Shown here: piece by piece, positions 13,676 to 26,973 of the stretch
How the letters are laid out: every line of letters begins with the position of its first letter
Position numbering within the stretch: position 1 is the stretch's first letter
Assembly (NCBI RefSeq): GCF_009914755.1
Contig: NC_060925.1
Origin: the human T2T-CHM13v2.0 reference genome, Homo sapiens
DNA: 64,000 nucleotides
Reading direction: 5' to 3' (one strand)
The notes under the pieces: model-generated
Databases searched by the model: none
Told to the model about the DNA's origin: nothing
The model's input: only the letters and a program-made list of their open reading frames with translations
Translations under genes and position numbers: made by a program

Positions 13676-14975
13676 CTAGGGAGGGAGAGACAGGGCTGCA
13701 ATGAAGTCTGGAGGGATTTAGGAAATTCATTGATTGTACCAAACAAAAACTTACATTTCTTCTCTCCTATTCCGTACCCAGGTGAAAGTGGGAAAGACAG
13801 GAAGAGAGACACCAAGCTTTCTAGTTGACAGCTAGTGACTCTCTGATTATCTGCAAAGATTGGGAAAGGAACTTAAACATGACATGTAGATTTTCCAGAG
13901 ATATTTACTCCTGGAGCCAGGAGTCTGCGAACACGTAGGTGGGATCTTTTAAGAAGCAGCCTTATCTAGATTGGGAATAAGCTATTATAGTTTTAGGCTG
14001 TGTGGATCTGGTCAACTTTTGTGCTGCCTACTTCTCTTTGCTTCTACAACTGGGCATTGCTGCAGAAAGGAAGAAATATGGAAGTGACTTCAGCTTTGAT
14101 TTTTTTCCTTCTGGAAGCCTGAAAACTCCAGTTTGCTTCCCTGAGCCCTTTTCCTGTTGCACAACTAGGGTGTGGACTACAGGTCCTACCCATGGAAGAT
14201 GGAGGTAGATACTTCACAGGGAATAAAAACAACCCAGACAAGTCATACCTTTAGGTAACAGATACTTTCAAAGATGTACTTTCCTGCACCCATTAAAGTT
14301 TTAGTCTCAGCTAATCTGAAAACCTGCGGTCCTCATGCACTGGGATAGCAGTGCAATATGGCTCAGGCTCAGGTTTTGCTGGGCACACCAGAGTAGGCCA
14401 CACACTCTCATGTGCAGTGGCTTCAGGTATGGATCAGGGTCTTTCCCACTAATTGGCTTCAGTTATGATGTTGTAGGTCATCATTCTTCTGGCTTTAATA
14501 CGAGAGAAGAAGGGATGGGGAAGAACTGGTCTCCAAGTGAGAGCATCCAGGGTGAAGAGTGTGGAAATAAGGGTCATTAGCACAAGAGAAGAGCCAGGTG
14601 ATATCAAAGGCATGTAGTAATGCCATAAAGGTGGAACGTTGCTCTCATTCTGCTGAAGTGGGCACCATGGAAACCTTGGTGCTACCACTCGCCAGTCAGG
14701 CCACAAGCCCAAGAACAGCACCAGGCAGTATAAGGACATATAAGAATGACATCACTTCAGATAGTCCTGAGAATTAGACCTATCCCTGCTTGGGGCAAAC
14801 CACTCAGTGGGAGCAATAGTACCCTTCTGCTTCCCTATCTGGGCTAATTGTAAGGAACAAGTGAAATCATGCACACCAATGTGCTTTAAACCGGTAAAAC
14901 TCTGCCCCAAGAAGCTATGTGCCCTTTTGAGACTCCCTAGACGTGGACAGAAACATAAAATTTCTGCCTTTCTAC

Positions 14976-15107
14976 CTTTTCCTTGGTCACCATTGCTAAG
15001 CACATGCTGCAGCCTCTCCCTCAGGCGGTCATTGAGACTGATGGACTCCTCCAGGCGCTGGCGCAGGTTCTGTATCTCAGCAAGATTCTTTTCCAGCAGG
15101 TCGGCCC
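14976..15107 (-). pseudogene. PDE4DIP-like exon 6 (GADLLEKNLAEIQNLRQRLEESISLNDRLRERLQHVLSNGDQGK, coiled coil)
   Basis: 132 bp, CAGTAG tandem acceptor, GT donor, open frame, strong myomegalin similarity. Confidence 0.9.
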
Positions 15108-16439
15108 CTACTGCAAACCACCAAGACATAGGAGAGGTAGGAGGTAGGGAAGCCTGATCATCCCTGGGCAGCTGTGGGGCCTGCCTGGCAACTCTCTGCA
15201 AGATCCCTACCTATCTCTATCCTTCTGTCAGCTTCTTCCTCTCTCCTGGGCATTCAGGAAGCACCAGGCAACTTTACTTAAAAGTCCTGGGCTTTCAATC
15301 ACAGGGTGGCCCCCTGTAAGGAAACACCACAGGCCTCCTCCCAGACAGAGACCACCAAGTACATCTAAGGGAGATGGACACAGGGTGAGAAACTGCTAAA
15401 GGCCTCTAGGCAGAACTGGCCTAGTAATGGGAAAGGCTGTCTACCTCCTTGGTATGGAAAACAATCCAGAGAATCTCCCTCTCTACCTCATCCCTCTCCC
15501 CGATGATGATCCCGACTCAACAGCCTTTGAGATTTCACTCACTCACAGACAGAAAGACCAAGGTAAGTGCATATGAAATTAAACCAGGCTGTGAATAATG
15601 AGTGATAGTGAATGTTCTCCTTTAACCAGTTTTGGCAAAGAGGAACATGGAAGAGCTTGGGAAGGTATCAGGATCTGAAGAGGGGGAACAGGAGAGAAGG
15701 GAACAATCTCCAAGGAAGGAAAAAGATGCACAGAGAGAGGAGGCTGAGAATAGGCCTCACCCACTGGGAGATTTTGCGTAGGGTCAGGTTTTTCTCTGAG
15801 AATTTAAAATGTCTTATTGTTACACTACCTGGGACACAGAAATGGAGCTGCTTCAAGCCATTCCTCTAAATACCTGCACTCCTAGCTGCCAGGTGCCAGG
15901 ATGTTTGGCTCCAAATCCAAAAGCAATGTTTATGGGGGCAGGATTGGCACGTGGTTGTATGCACAGTGTGTGTGAAAGATGTGTGTGAAAGAGTGGAAAG
16001 AGTGTGTAGGGGTGGGTGACTCTGTAGAAATAGTTTCCCATCCGACAGTAGCTCCTGACCTAAGGAAGACCTTCCCCATGGAAATCTGAGCTTAGCATTC
16101 CAGGACAGTCTTAATCTAGGCCTAAGAAGGTTGTAGCACAGAGAGAAGGCAACATTTAAGTGTGAGGTAACTTATCCTCCTTGTAGAGCACCTCAGAATG
16201 TCCCTGACTTCTCCTACTCTCCTGCCCAGAGTAAGTTCCTAGGTAGGGTGGCTAGGAGAAGGCACTTTCAAAGAACAAGCACTGAGCTGGTTCTCACTGT
16301 CTGGCTGATCTACATATTGTCCTGTCATTTTTTATGAACCAGGTTCTAACAGAGGAACCAAAAAGTCCTCTGGCCAGGAAAGGAATGTGTCATTCCTACC
16401 AATGGGCTCGATTTCACTAAGTGCTCCTTTGTGTTTTAC

Positions 16440-16662
16440 CAGAGGTTTCGGAGTTGGGTTGGTACAAAGAGGAGAAGGAGGCTAGGTCTCCAGATGCATT
16501 CATTTTTTGAGGCCTCATCTCTTCCCATGGGCCACTGCTACCGTGTTCTAGTGTCCTGCTCTGCTGGGCCAGTGCCGCTCGAAGGATGGAAGGGCTGGGC
16601 AGACCTGGTTCCTTGGTTGCTGGGCAAAGCAGCTGAATCAGCAGAAATGGCAGGGCTGGCAT
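16440..16662 (-). pseudogene. PDE4DIP-like exon 5 (frameshifted; ...SAQPFHPSSGT / GSSGPWEEMRPQKMNASGDLASFSSLYQPNSETS)
   Basis: 223 bp between cAG and GT (222 needed). The homologous peptide switches frame near 16570; premature TAG at 16538-16540. Confidence 0.85.
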
Positions 16663-16729
16663 CTGTCCAGAAAGGAATGTGAGTGAGAAACCAACAGGGA
16701 AGTCATAAATGAGTGTTTTAAAGGTAATT

Positions 16730-17172
16730 ATAGTGAGTTGAATAGTGTCCTCCAAAAATTCATTCAGTTCACTTGGAACTTCAGAATGTGATCTTATTTG
16801 TAAATGGGTTTTTTGTAGATATAATAAGTTAAGACGAGATGATACTGAATTGGGGGTATGTCTTAAATCCAACATGACTGATGTCCTTATGAGAGGAGAG
16901 GAGACACAGAGATAAAGAGACATACAGAGAAGGAGACCATGTAACAAGAGAGGCAGAGATTGGGGTGATGTGTCTACAACCCAGAAACCACCAGAAACTA
17001 GGAAGAGGCAAGGAAGGATCCTTCCCTGGAGTCTTCAGAGGGAGCATGGCCCTGCTGACTCCCTGATTTTAGGCGTCTTCATCTCCAGAACTGTGAGAGA
17101 ATACATTTCTGTTTTAAGACGCCCAGTTTGTGTTTTTTTGTTTTGGAAGCCCTCGAAAGCTAATAAAGCAAT
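16730..17172 (+). mobile_element. MaLR solo LTR (MLT1B/C-like)
   Basis: ttgaatagtgtcctccaaaaattc...gaactgtgagagaatacatttctgttttaag. Confidence 0.85.
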
Positions 17173-19049
17173 CCACGGAATGAAGACTAAGGCAGATGTC
17201 AGCAGACTCATTTCCCAAGGACTCCCCATTTCACCCTAAAGTAACTGGCATTTCTCAGCCTATGACATAAGCAGTAGTGTTAGTTGTAATATCTGAGCAT
17301 CACAGCGCACATACAGGAAAAATATGGGGCCCCTCTCCTAGCTCCCTTTATGATTCCCAATGCTGGAATGATCCTGGGGAGGTACTTCAGAAATGTTTCT
17401 CCTAATAGCAGGACTCACAGCCAATCCTAGGAGTTCAGACAGTGAGGGGTGAAGCATTTTGTTGGTCTGTAAACAGGTGACTATTTATTCAACATTCTAT
17501 GCCCTTGCCAGAAACACACCAGCTACTCCTTCCTGGGATTGTTCTACACTGAGGCTGTTGGAGGAGGAGGAGAAAATGGCCTCCACTTCTGGACAATGTG
17601 CAGAGAACCTAGAGAGTGTTGCTTCCACTCCTGGTGGTTCTCTCTCTGGCCTCGGCTGACTCTGGACCTGCAGTGAAGCTGAGGGGGTGTCTGTCTAAGG
17701 CAAGTGGTGATTTGGATTCCACCTAGAATGGCTTTTGACACTGCAAAAATAATTCTTATGTACAGCTCACATTGTCTGGCTCCTGTCCACAGAATAGCTA
17801 GTGTACTCTTGCATAGAGGATTGTAGAATCACAAAATACATGGCATCTTACAGCTCAATGATGCCATGAGAACATGGCCAGATCCTCTGGGCCCTTCATT
17901 ACTGTCTCCCTTTGAGAGAAAAACCCAGCTGGGGTGGCAGGGCCATAATTCAGAGAAAAGTTTTAGAGTCTTTCCCTTTCAAGGATTATTATCAAGGGCT
18001 AAAGAATAGACAAGTTTCTCCTCTGAGCAGGTGGGAGTGAGGTTTCTGTTTGCCCTCAACAACATCACGTTCTTTTAGGAACTGTATATTTAAATCAGTA
18101 ACCAGTAGGTCTCTCCTTCTCCAATTTATAAAATATCAGATACTAATTAGAATCACTGTGAGATAAAGAGTAATGACAACTATGTTAAGTCTTTAATAAA
18201 TGCCTGACTTAAAGTAGGAACTCAATCAAAATGTGATTACCACCCCCTTTCAAACCTCCTTTATCTCAGAAAATCAGTTTACTCTCAACCATGGCCATAG
18301 GAAGCTCTAAGTTTTATCAGTAACAGTGATCAGTGTTTTAACATTCCCTGGCCATACCACACGGGGAACATGCCCTACACTGCAGATGGAAAGCAACAGA
18401 GACTAGACTTTTGTGAAGGAAATTTGGCCTCACAATGTAGCTGTCATGCCAGTGCACTACAGGTTGACTGTTCTAGAAATTTTGGTTCAAAAACCAAAGA
18501 GGAAGTGGTGATAAACCGTTGCCCCTGTGAAAGGACAGTGACTTCAAGTGGGAAAGAGAAGGGCTTCGATCTCCCTCAGGAAAGACAGTTGTGGCAAAAA
18601 GTAAAGCTGGTGCTCTCCAGAAGCATCATTCCAGAGGCCACACCTCACTGCAGGCAGTGGCAGGGATTGCAGGTAAGGGAAGCATGGGCTTGCCCTTCTG
18701 CCATCTCTTGGGGCAGTGCTGAGGTTGAAACAAGTGCCTCTGGGCAACTGAATCAAGGATGCACATAAAAGTCCCATTGGCCCCTTGGAATAGGTGATGT
18801 ACATATCAAGGGAAGCTCATCTATTTACAAATTCTTAGATAGAAGTGTAATATGTGTAAGGTCTTGTCCCATCTTCAGAGGCCAGAACTCTGCTGGGTGC
18901 ACAGAGCAGAAAAAGTGGAATGAGAAAAACCCTGGCTCCAGAAGCCTAGCAAAAGAGGTGCTGAGAAGGAGTGAGCACCCTTTGTGTGCAGCCCCTGACT
19001 TCTCAGGCTGCAGAGTGAAATGCTCACAACCTGAGCTTTCAGTCAGGTA

Positions 19050-19235
19050 GACTCAAAGTGTATGTTACCCCAAGCTGCTTTGTCTTCAGTAAGTTCCTTA
19101 ACTTTGCTGAGCCTCAGTGTCCTCCACTATAAAAGCAGAACACCACTACCTATTTGAGGGGATCACTGTGTCAATTAAATGAGGAAATATATGTATAGTG
19201 GTCAATATTGTGAGCATAATAGGTGCTCAATCAAT
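19050..19235 (+). mobile_element. MIR fragment
   Basis: aagttccttaactttgctgagcctcagtgtcctcc...aattaaatgag...taggtgctcaat. Confidence 0.7.
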
Positions 19236-19301
19236 GAGAAGTTTCTGTCTTTCCTTGGCTGCTATAATCTTAGAGGAAACATTTTGCCGCTTTGCTCCTC
19301 A

Positions 19302-19651
<350 letters not shown>

Positions 19652-19879
19652 AAACCATTATGGCTCACTCATTACTTAAAATTGCCAATTTAGAAAAAAA
19701 CACCAGATACAGCCAGGGACTAAAAATAATTTCTTGGTATTGTCCACATTAGGATATGATTCATACTGGCCTAAAACTTCAAACACTTTTCTCAAGAGGA
19801 AAATTAAAGAGAAAACTGAGCAGGAGAAAAATGAAAGTCTGGTTTAAAACTTAATCTCCTCTTCCCGTCTCTATCAAGG

Positions 19880-20021
19880 CTATCCCAAGGACCCTCTCAG
19901 GGAAATTCTCAGGAGGGACACGCTGGTTGGTGATAGACTCAGCTTGAACCTCACAGCATGGCCCCATTCACTGATGGTTTAGAGGGTGTTACAGCAAACT
20001 TATTAGGATGATGGATGGGAT
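19880..20021 (-). pseudogene. Decayed PDE4DIP-type exon (DPIHHPNKFAVTPSKPS.. / ..AESITN)
   Basis: Acceptor tttacAG, then a peptide resembling PDE4DIP DSIHHSSHSAVLSSKPS...AESNSN; frameshift/stop and no clear donor. Confidence 0.6.
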
Positions 20022-20447
20022 CTGTAAATGCATAAATGATAAAGATGATTTAGTGATGAACAAAAAATAGGAACTGTTGCTGTTTACCCCAGGGATTCCA
20101 GGATTAGGTGCACAATGTTAGCAACACTCATGTCCCTAGTTTGAAAGATGACATAATTGTGTGCAGTGAAGAGGAACTATTTGCCCCCTTTCTCCCCTTC
20201 CCAACCCATGCCCCCCAAGACCAACACCATGTATGTGCCAGAGGAGATCTAGTGACTGATGGCATGTGAGACTGGGAACGGAGAAAAGCTACCTGAAAAC
20301 CTTGGGGCTTATGCTCAGCACTGAGTCCTGGAGCTGTGCCCGACCAGGTACATCACGGTGGATCTACAGGGCCCGGCTGCAAAGATGCCACCTCTTGGCC
20401 TAGACAATGCATGAGCCCCCAAAAACTGGAGCCATGTGGCTACTCAC

Positions 20448-20635
20448 TGACTACAGTCACTGAAGGATGCACTTCCTCCTTGTCAAGCTGTGGAGACGTG
20501 CTGCTCAGGGAGTGATGTGGGGTAGACCGGGTGTGGTTGCTGCACCAGATCTGGGGCTGAGTCTGGGACCGGGCATCCCACTTGGTCTCTAGGACTTCTG
20601 TCACTTTACTCATATTATGCATCTTCCTCAAGATA
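20448..20635 (-). pseudogene. PDE4DIP-like exon 4 (large Olduvai/DUF1220-type exon)
   Basis: 188 bp, pyrimidine tract plus AG, GTGAGT donor, open frame (ILRKMHNMSKVTEVLETKWDARSQT...). Confidence 0.85.
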
Positions 20636-20931
20636 CTAGTGGGGTAAGAAAGAAGAAAAAATAAAGGTCACCTAATGCCACAGCTGTACTAATCTGAGGG
20701 CTCACAGGAGATGTAAAGGGGAGGTCAAGAGGATCATTCCTTCAGAGGAGAAGCCAAACAAATCATTTCTGTTTCAGGATAGAGTATGGAGGGAAGGCGG
20801 GGACAGAGAGAGCAACAGTTGTCCGGTGCATTGGCTACAAACATCCTGAGGAAAAACGAAGCCGTAATGGGCCCCTTAAATAACACTCATGATTCCTTCA
20901 CAAAACACCCAGAGACCCATAAGAGTTCAAC

Positions 20932-21254
20932 TCCAGGTATGGGCATGGCGGTACATGCCTGTAATCCCAGCAATTTGGGAGACCAAGGCAGGAGAATTGC
21001 TTGAGTCCAGGAATTCAAGACCAAACTGAGAAACATAGTGAGACCCTCTGTCTACAAAAAATAAAAATAAAAAATGAGCTGGGTGTGGTGGTGTGCACCT
21101 GTAGTCCCAACTATTTAGGAGGCTGAGGAGGATCACTTGAGCCCAGGAGGTCAAGGATGCAGTGAGCAGTGATCATGCCACTGCATTCCAGCCTGGGCAA
21201 CAGAGCAAGACCTCATCTCAAAAATAAAATTTTAAAAATGTAAAAAAAAAAAAA
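20932..21254 (+). mobile_element. AluJ-type element
   Basis: Diverged Alu; TSD aaga(g/a)ttcaactc. Confidence 0.9.
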
Positions 21255-21797
21255 AGAATTCAACTCATTCTGTGAACATAATTTTTAAAATAGTATTTGC
21301 CATAGGCCATTTAAAACAGATTCCCCAGGCAATGTAGCCTCACTGGTGTCTTGCAGTTTCTAGATCTCCTTCCCTAAGTATAGAGACACAGTATAAACTT
21401 TTGTTTGCAAGAAAAATTTGTAGCCGTTTTACATCTTCCAGCGCTCCTTGGGTCACCCTTGAAGAAATCAGATATAATCTTACTCTGGTCTTTAAATAAG
21501 GGAAACCAGAGGTGATCCCTGGAGGTTCAGAAGACTCCTAAGACCCAGATAGGTTAGAGCAGCTCTATGTTACTAAATTGGTGAATTAATTGGTGAAAAT
21601 AAAAGAATAATATATTTTTTAAAAAATTTTAAAAATGAGACTGCCTTATCACTAAGGATACATAATGGTTTAATGGATAAATAAGCTATTTGTTTTTTAC
21701 TGGCCATGTATGCTCCTGTTTCTTTGAGCTTCTGGCTCTTGTTTCTGGATCCTTCACCAGATTACATCTTCGACAGCCCCTGAAAATTTGGAGTTAC

Positions 21798-21849
21798 CTG
21801 AGAGTCGAAGACACCTGTCCTACTTGATTCTTCTTACTTGTACAGTCAT
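21798..21849 (-). pseudogene. PDE4DIP-like exon 3 (52-bp small Olduvai-type exon, DDCTSKKNQVGQVSSTL)
   Basis: ttgttctcAG|ATGAC...CTCAG|GTAACT; exactly 52 bp, phase 1 to 2, as in the small exon of NBPF/PDE4DIP doublets. Confidence 0.85.
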
Positions 21850-22945
21850 CTGAGAACAAAATTCAAAAAGGCCAGTCATGCTTTAAGCAGGTCTCATTTC
21901 CCAGACTGCAAACAAACATGGAGGTCTATCTGGGACCAGAGACTTGACTACCTGATGCTTGCCTTGATTCCAGGATACTCTGAATTTTCTCAGATCTTGG
22001 GTTGAGTCTTTAGAGAGCTTGTCTGGCAGGCTTTCCTGAGCCCACCATGAAGGTCATCATCTCCACTTGCTTTGCCCTGAGTCACAGCAAAAAGCTAAAA
22101 ATGTCTTTATTCCCACATATCATGGAACACATATCCACTCCAGCCAAAGCCTCCAAGTCCTGGCACAAGGCCAGCACCCAAACCCATGGCTGTGTGTTCC
22201 ACCATAGCTTTCATGCAGAACTTCCTCCCTTCTCCAAGGAGATGATAGACATCCGTGTCCCACCTACCATCAGGAGACAGCACAGTGAACTCAAGCCTTC
22301 TGCTACTATGGGCCCTTGGGTTCTCAAGGGGGAATTTCATGTAAAATGCTCCTGAAACAGCTAATTATCTCACCACCGTGTACTAGTACACACAGTGCCT
22401 GAACCATGCCAAAGTCAGCATGATTCTTTATCATTTTTTTGAAGTGCGCCGATTAATGTTACTTATTTAATCCCTAGAACAATCATGCAACATTCAAGGG
22501 CTGGAATTATTTGACTTAATTTTTTAGGTAGAGAAACAGAAATCAAAATAAATATTAACCTGTCCAGAGCTGGTAAGGAACACATATAAGCTAGAGGTAG
22601 GGTTTTTGGATTCCCAGTTCAGGGCCCTTCACAAAAACCAGCTGCCCCTGTTCCTTCTGTCTTTCTGCCAATTAGTTTCAGAGGAATACCATCATCCCTG
22701 GGGATGCCTCCTGCCCTAACAGTCATATTCCATGAGGGATGGAGGTGCTGGTGATCATCATGGCATCCTCAACCCTTCTTCTTGGAGCTCCTCTCCAGCC
22801 AGTCCTGACTCTGTCATGGTCTTAAGGTGGTGATTACAAAGCAGGACACCAGGTTGAAAAGTGACATGTGAATGGGGGTGGCATCCTGTGAACTTAGGAC
22901 CTTGGGAGAGACTGAAAATCTTCCTAAGCTCTGCGGCCAACTTAC

Positions 22946-23181
22946 CTGTGCTGAATTTTCTGGCAAGGCTCTCTGCCAGCTGGCTTCCTTTGGCCAGCTG
23001 CTCGCAGTAGTGCTGCTCCATATAGTGGTCAAAGTTATTGCTCTGGAGTAGCTCCTCAAAGGTCTTTAGTGTGTTCTTGACATGCTGGATGAGAAGAGCA
23101 GAGGCCACTCTCCCAAGCTTCATCTTCTGCCGTAGGTGGGTTAACTCTTGAGCCTGATCCTGAATCAAGGAATGATACTTC
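22946..23181 (-). pseudogene. PDE4DIP-like exon 2 (KYHSLIQDQAQELTHLRQKMKLG...QLAKGSQLAESLARKFST)
   Basis: 236 bp, AG acceptor and GTAAGT donor, open frame, similar to the PDE4DIP/NBPF coiled-coil exon. Confidence 0.92.
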
Positions 23182-23757
23182 CTAAAGTAGAAAAAAAGAA
23201 GTAAAGGTAGATAGGAATAACTGATAGGTTATAGCAATTTAGGAGAAGGAACTTGAGAGTATCACCAAAGGAGGCCACACACTGAATTCTAGCATATGTT
23301 TAGTGTCCTGAATATGGTAAAAGGAATGAAGGAAATGAAAACAATCTTTATGTGAAAGATCCCTTCTAAGATTGTCATTTTCCCTGCCACTTGCTAAAGA
23401 AGAAAAATCACTTGATCATATTAATAGATGAAGAAAAAGCATTTGACAAAATTCAACACTCATTCATCATAAAATCTCTCAACAAAGTGGGAATAGAGGA
23501 GACCTTCCTCAACTTGATAAAGAACATCTATAAAAACTCTACACTAATGTCATACTAGAAACTAGAAGCTTTCTCACTAACATCAACAATAAGGCAAGAA
23601 TTTCCCCGCTTACCACTTCTTTTCACCATCATACTGGAAATCCTAGCTAATGCAGTAAGATAAGCAAAGGAAATAAACGGTATACAGATTAGAAAAGATG
23701 AACTAAAACTGTCTTTGTTCACACATGATGCAGTTATCTATGTATTATAGAAAATCT

Positions 23758-24245
23758 CCAACATGGTGAAACCCTGTCTTTACAAAAAATACAAAAATTA
23801 GCCGGGCGTGGTGGCATGCGCTTGTAATCCAGCTACTTGGGAGGCTGAGGAAGGAGAATTGCTTGAATCCGGGAAGCAAAGGTTGCAGTGAGATGACATC
23901 GTGCCACTCTGCACTCCACCCTGAGTGACAAAGTGAGACACTGACTCAAAAAAAAAAAAAAAAAAAGGCCGGGCGCGGTGGCTCATGCCCGTAACTCCAG
24001 CACTTAGGGAGGTCGAGGTGGGCGGATCATGAGGTCAGGAGATCGAGACCATCCTGGCTAACACGGCGAAACCCCGTCTCTACTGAAAAAACAAAATAGT
24101 AGCCAGGCTACTCAGGAGGCTGAGGCAGGAGAATGGCTTGAACCCAGGAGGCGGAGCTTGCAGTGAGCCGAGATTGAGCCACTACACTCCAACCTGGGCG
24201 ACACAGTGAGACTCCATCTCAAAAACAAAAAGAAAAGAAAAGAAA
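23758..24245 (+). mobile_element. Two tandem Alus (5'-truncated Alu followed by an AluY-like copy with an internal deletion)
   Basis: Second Alu starts ggccgggcgcggtggctc at 23967, directly after the first A tail. Confidence 0.9.
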
Positions 24246-24964
24246 ATCTGAAAGAATTGACAACAAAAATCTCCTGGAACTAGTAAGTGATTATGTCAAG
24301 GTAAAATCTAACAAAACATGTACAAGATCTGTATGAGGAAAACTGCAAAACTCTGTTGAGAGAGGTCAAAGAAGCACTAAATACACAGAGAGATATTCTG
24401 TGTTCATGGACAGGAAGACTAAATATTGTCAAGATGTCAGTTCTTCCCAACTTGATCTAAAGATTCAATGCAATACCAATCAAAATCTCAGCAAATAAAT
24501 TTTGTGAATATCAACTAATAGATGCTAAGGTGTACATAGAGAGGCAAAAGACCCAGAATGGCCAACACAATATTGAAAAGGAACAGAGGGCTGATATGAC
24601 CTGACTTCAAGACTTACTGTAAAGCTACAGTAATCAGGACAGTATAAGATTTGTGAAAGAATAGACAAATAAGTCAGCGGAACAGAATAGAGATTCCACA
24701 AGACTCCAAAATATAGCAGATTGATCTTTGACAAAGGGACAAGGGCAATACAATGGAGAAAAGATAGTATTTTCAAAAAATGGTGCTGGAACAGCGGGAC
24801 ATCCACATGCAAAGAAAGTGAATCTAGACACAGACTTCACATTCTTCATGAAAACTTACTCAAAATGGATCATAGGCCTAAATGTAAAACATAAAATGAT
24901 AAAAAAAAAACCCTAAAAGATAACAACAGCTGAAAATCTAGATGACCTTGGGTTTGGTGATGAC

Positions 24965-25215
24965 TTTTTATTTATTTTATTTATTGATCTAAAGATTCAA
25001 TGCAATACCAATTTTAATTTAGAGACAGAGTCTCTAAATAAATTAATTATTTTATTTACTTGTTGGAGGGCATGATCATGGCTCACTGAAGCATTCCTTG
25101 GGCATGATCATGGTGTGATTATGGCTCACTGCAGCCAAACTCTTGGGCTCAAGTGATCCTCTTGCCTCAGCCTTCCAAAGTGCTGGGATTACAGGTGTGA
25201 GCCACCGAGCCCAGC
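24965..25215 (-). mobile_element. Rearranged FLAM/AluJ monomer
   Basis: ctcaagtgatcctc...tgctgggattacaggtgtgagccacc with a scrambled tail-side half. Confidence 0.8.
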
Positions 25216-26637
25216 TATATGATTACTTTTCAGATATAACACAAAAGGCATGATCCACAAAAGAAATAATTGATAATCTGGACTTCATTAAAATTAAAAA
25301 CTTCTGCTCTGCAAAAGGCACATCAAGAGAATGAGAAGACAACACACTGGGAGAAAATATTTGCAAAAGATATATCTGGTAAAGGACTATTAAGCCAAAT
25401 ACACAAAGAACTCTTAAACTCAACAATAAGAAAATGAACCACACAATAAAAAATGGGCAAAAAACCCTGAACAGACACCTCACCAAAGATGATGGCAAAT
25501 AAGAATATGAAAAGATGCTCAACATCATATGTCATTAGGGAATTGCAAATTAAAACAACAAGATACCACTCTACACCTATTAGAATGGCAAAATCCAGAA
25601 CACTGATAACACCAAATGCTGGTAAGGATGTGGAACAACAGATATTCTCATTCCTTGCCGGTGGGAATGCAAAATAGTACAGCCACTTTGGAAGACAGTT
25701 TGGCATTTTCTTGTGAAACTAAACATACTCTTACCAAATGACCTAACCATCTGCTCCTCAGTATTTTCCCAAGCGAGCTGAAAACTTAAGTTTACACAAA
25801 AACCTGCACATGATGTTTATAGCAGCTCTATTCATAACTGCAAAAACTTGGAAGCAACCAAGATGTCCTTCAGTAGGTGAATGGATAAATTTTGATACAT
25901 GCAGTCAATGGAATATTATTTGGTACTAAAAAGAAATGAGTTATGAAGCCATGAAAAGACATGAAAGAACCTTAAGTGTGTAAGTGAAAGAAGCCAACCT
26001 AAAAAAGCTACATACTGTATGACTCTGACTATATGACACTATGGAATAGGTAAAACAGTGGAGAGAGTAAAAAGATCAGTGGTTGCCAGGTGTTAGGAGG
26101 AAAAGGAGAATGAATAGGCAGAGCACAGAGAATTTTTAGGGCAGGGAATAGTCATTCTTTATTACAATGGTGGATACATGCCATTATACATTTATACTTG
26201 TGTCAAAACCTATAGAATATACACCACCAAGAATGAACCCCACTGTAAACTGTGGACTTTGGGTGATGATGAGTCAATGTGGGTTCATCAGTTGTACCAA
26301 ATGTTATCACTCGGGGGCAAGATGTTGATAGTGAGGGAGGCTGTGTCCTTGCAGGGGTAGGGGGCATATGGGAACTCTCTGTTACTTTCCACTCAATTTT
26401 GCTGTGAACTTAAAGCTGCTCTTAAAAAGTCCATTAAAAAAAAGAATGATCACAGAAGTATAATTTTTAAAAATATATTTGATGAAGTGGGTGTAGTGTA
26501 GCCTTTGTGAATCGAGAGCACAGGATTCTAATGTTATCTCTGCCAGAGGCTATTATGCAACTTTGATCAAATGACTATCTCTTAGGGCCTAAGTGTTCTC
26601 AGTTCTAAAATGAGGTAATGAGACTAACTGACTCTAG

Positions 26638-26973
<336 letters not shown>

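Larger units (their letters stand above)
23395..26440 (+). mobile_element. Old L1 (L1MB/MC-type) ORF2 and 3'UTR in intron 1
   Basis: gaaaaagcatttgacaaaattcaac; IRELQIKTTRYH; L1M 3'UTR ending in an A-rich run. Confidence 0.88.

Noticed and set aside
17470-17745. Possible additional decayed PDE4DIP exon after a tttttgcAG acceptor
   Set aside because: Similarity too weak to support by eye; stop codons and no clear donor.
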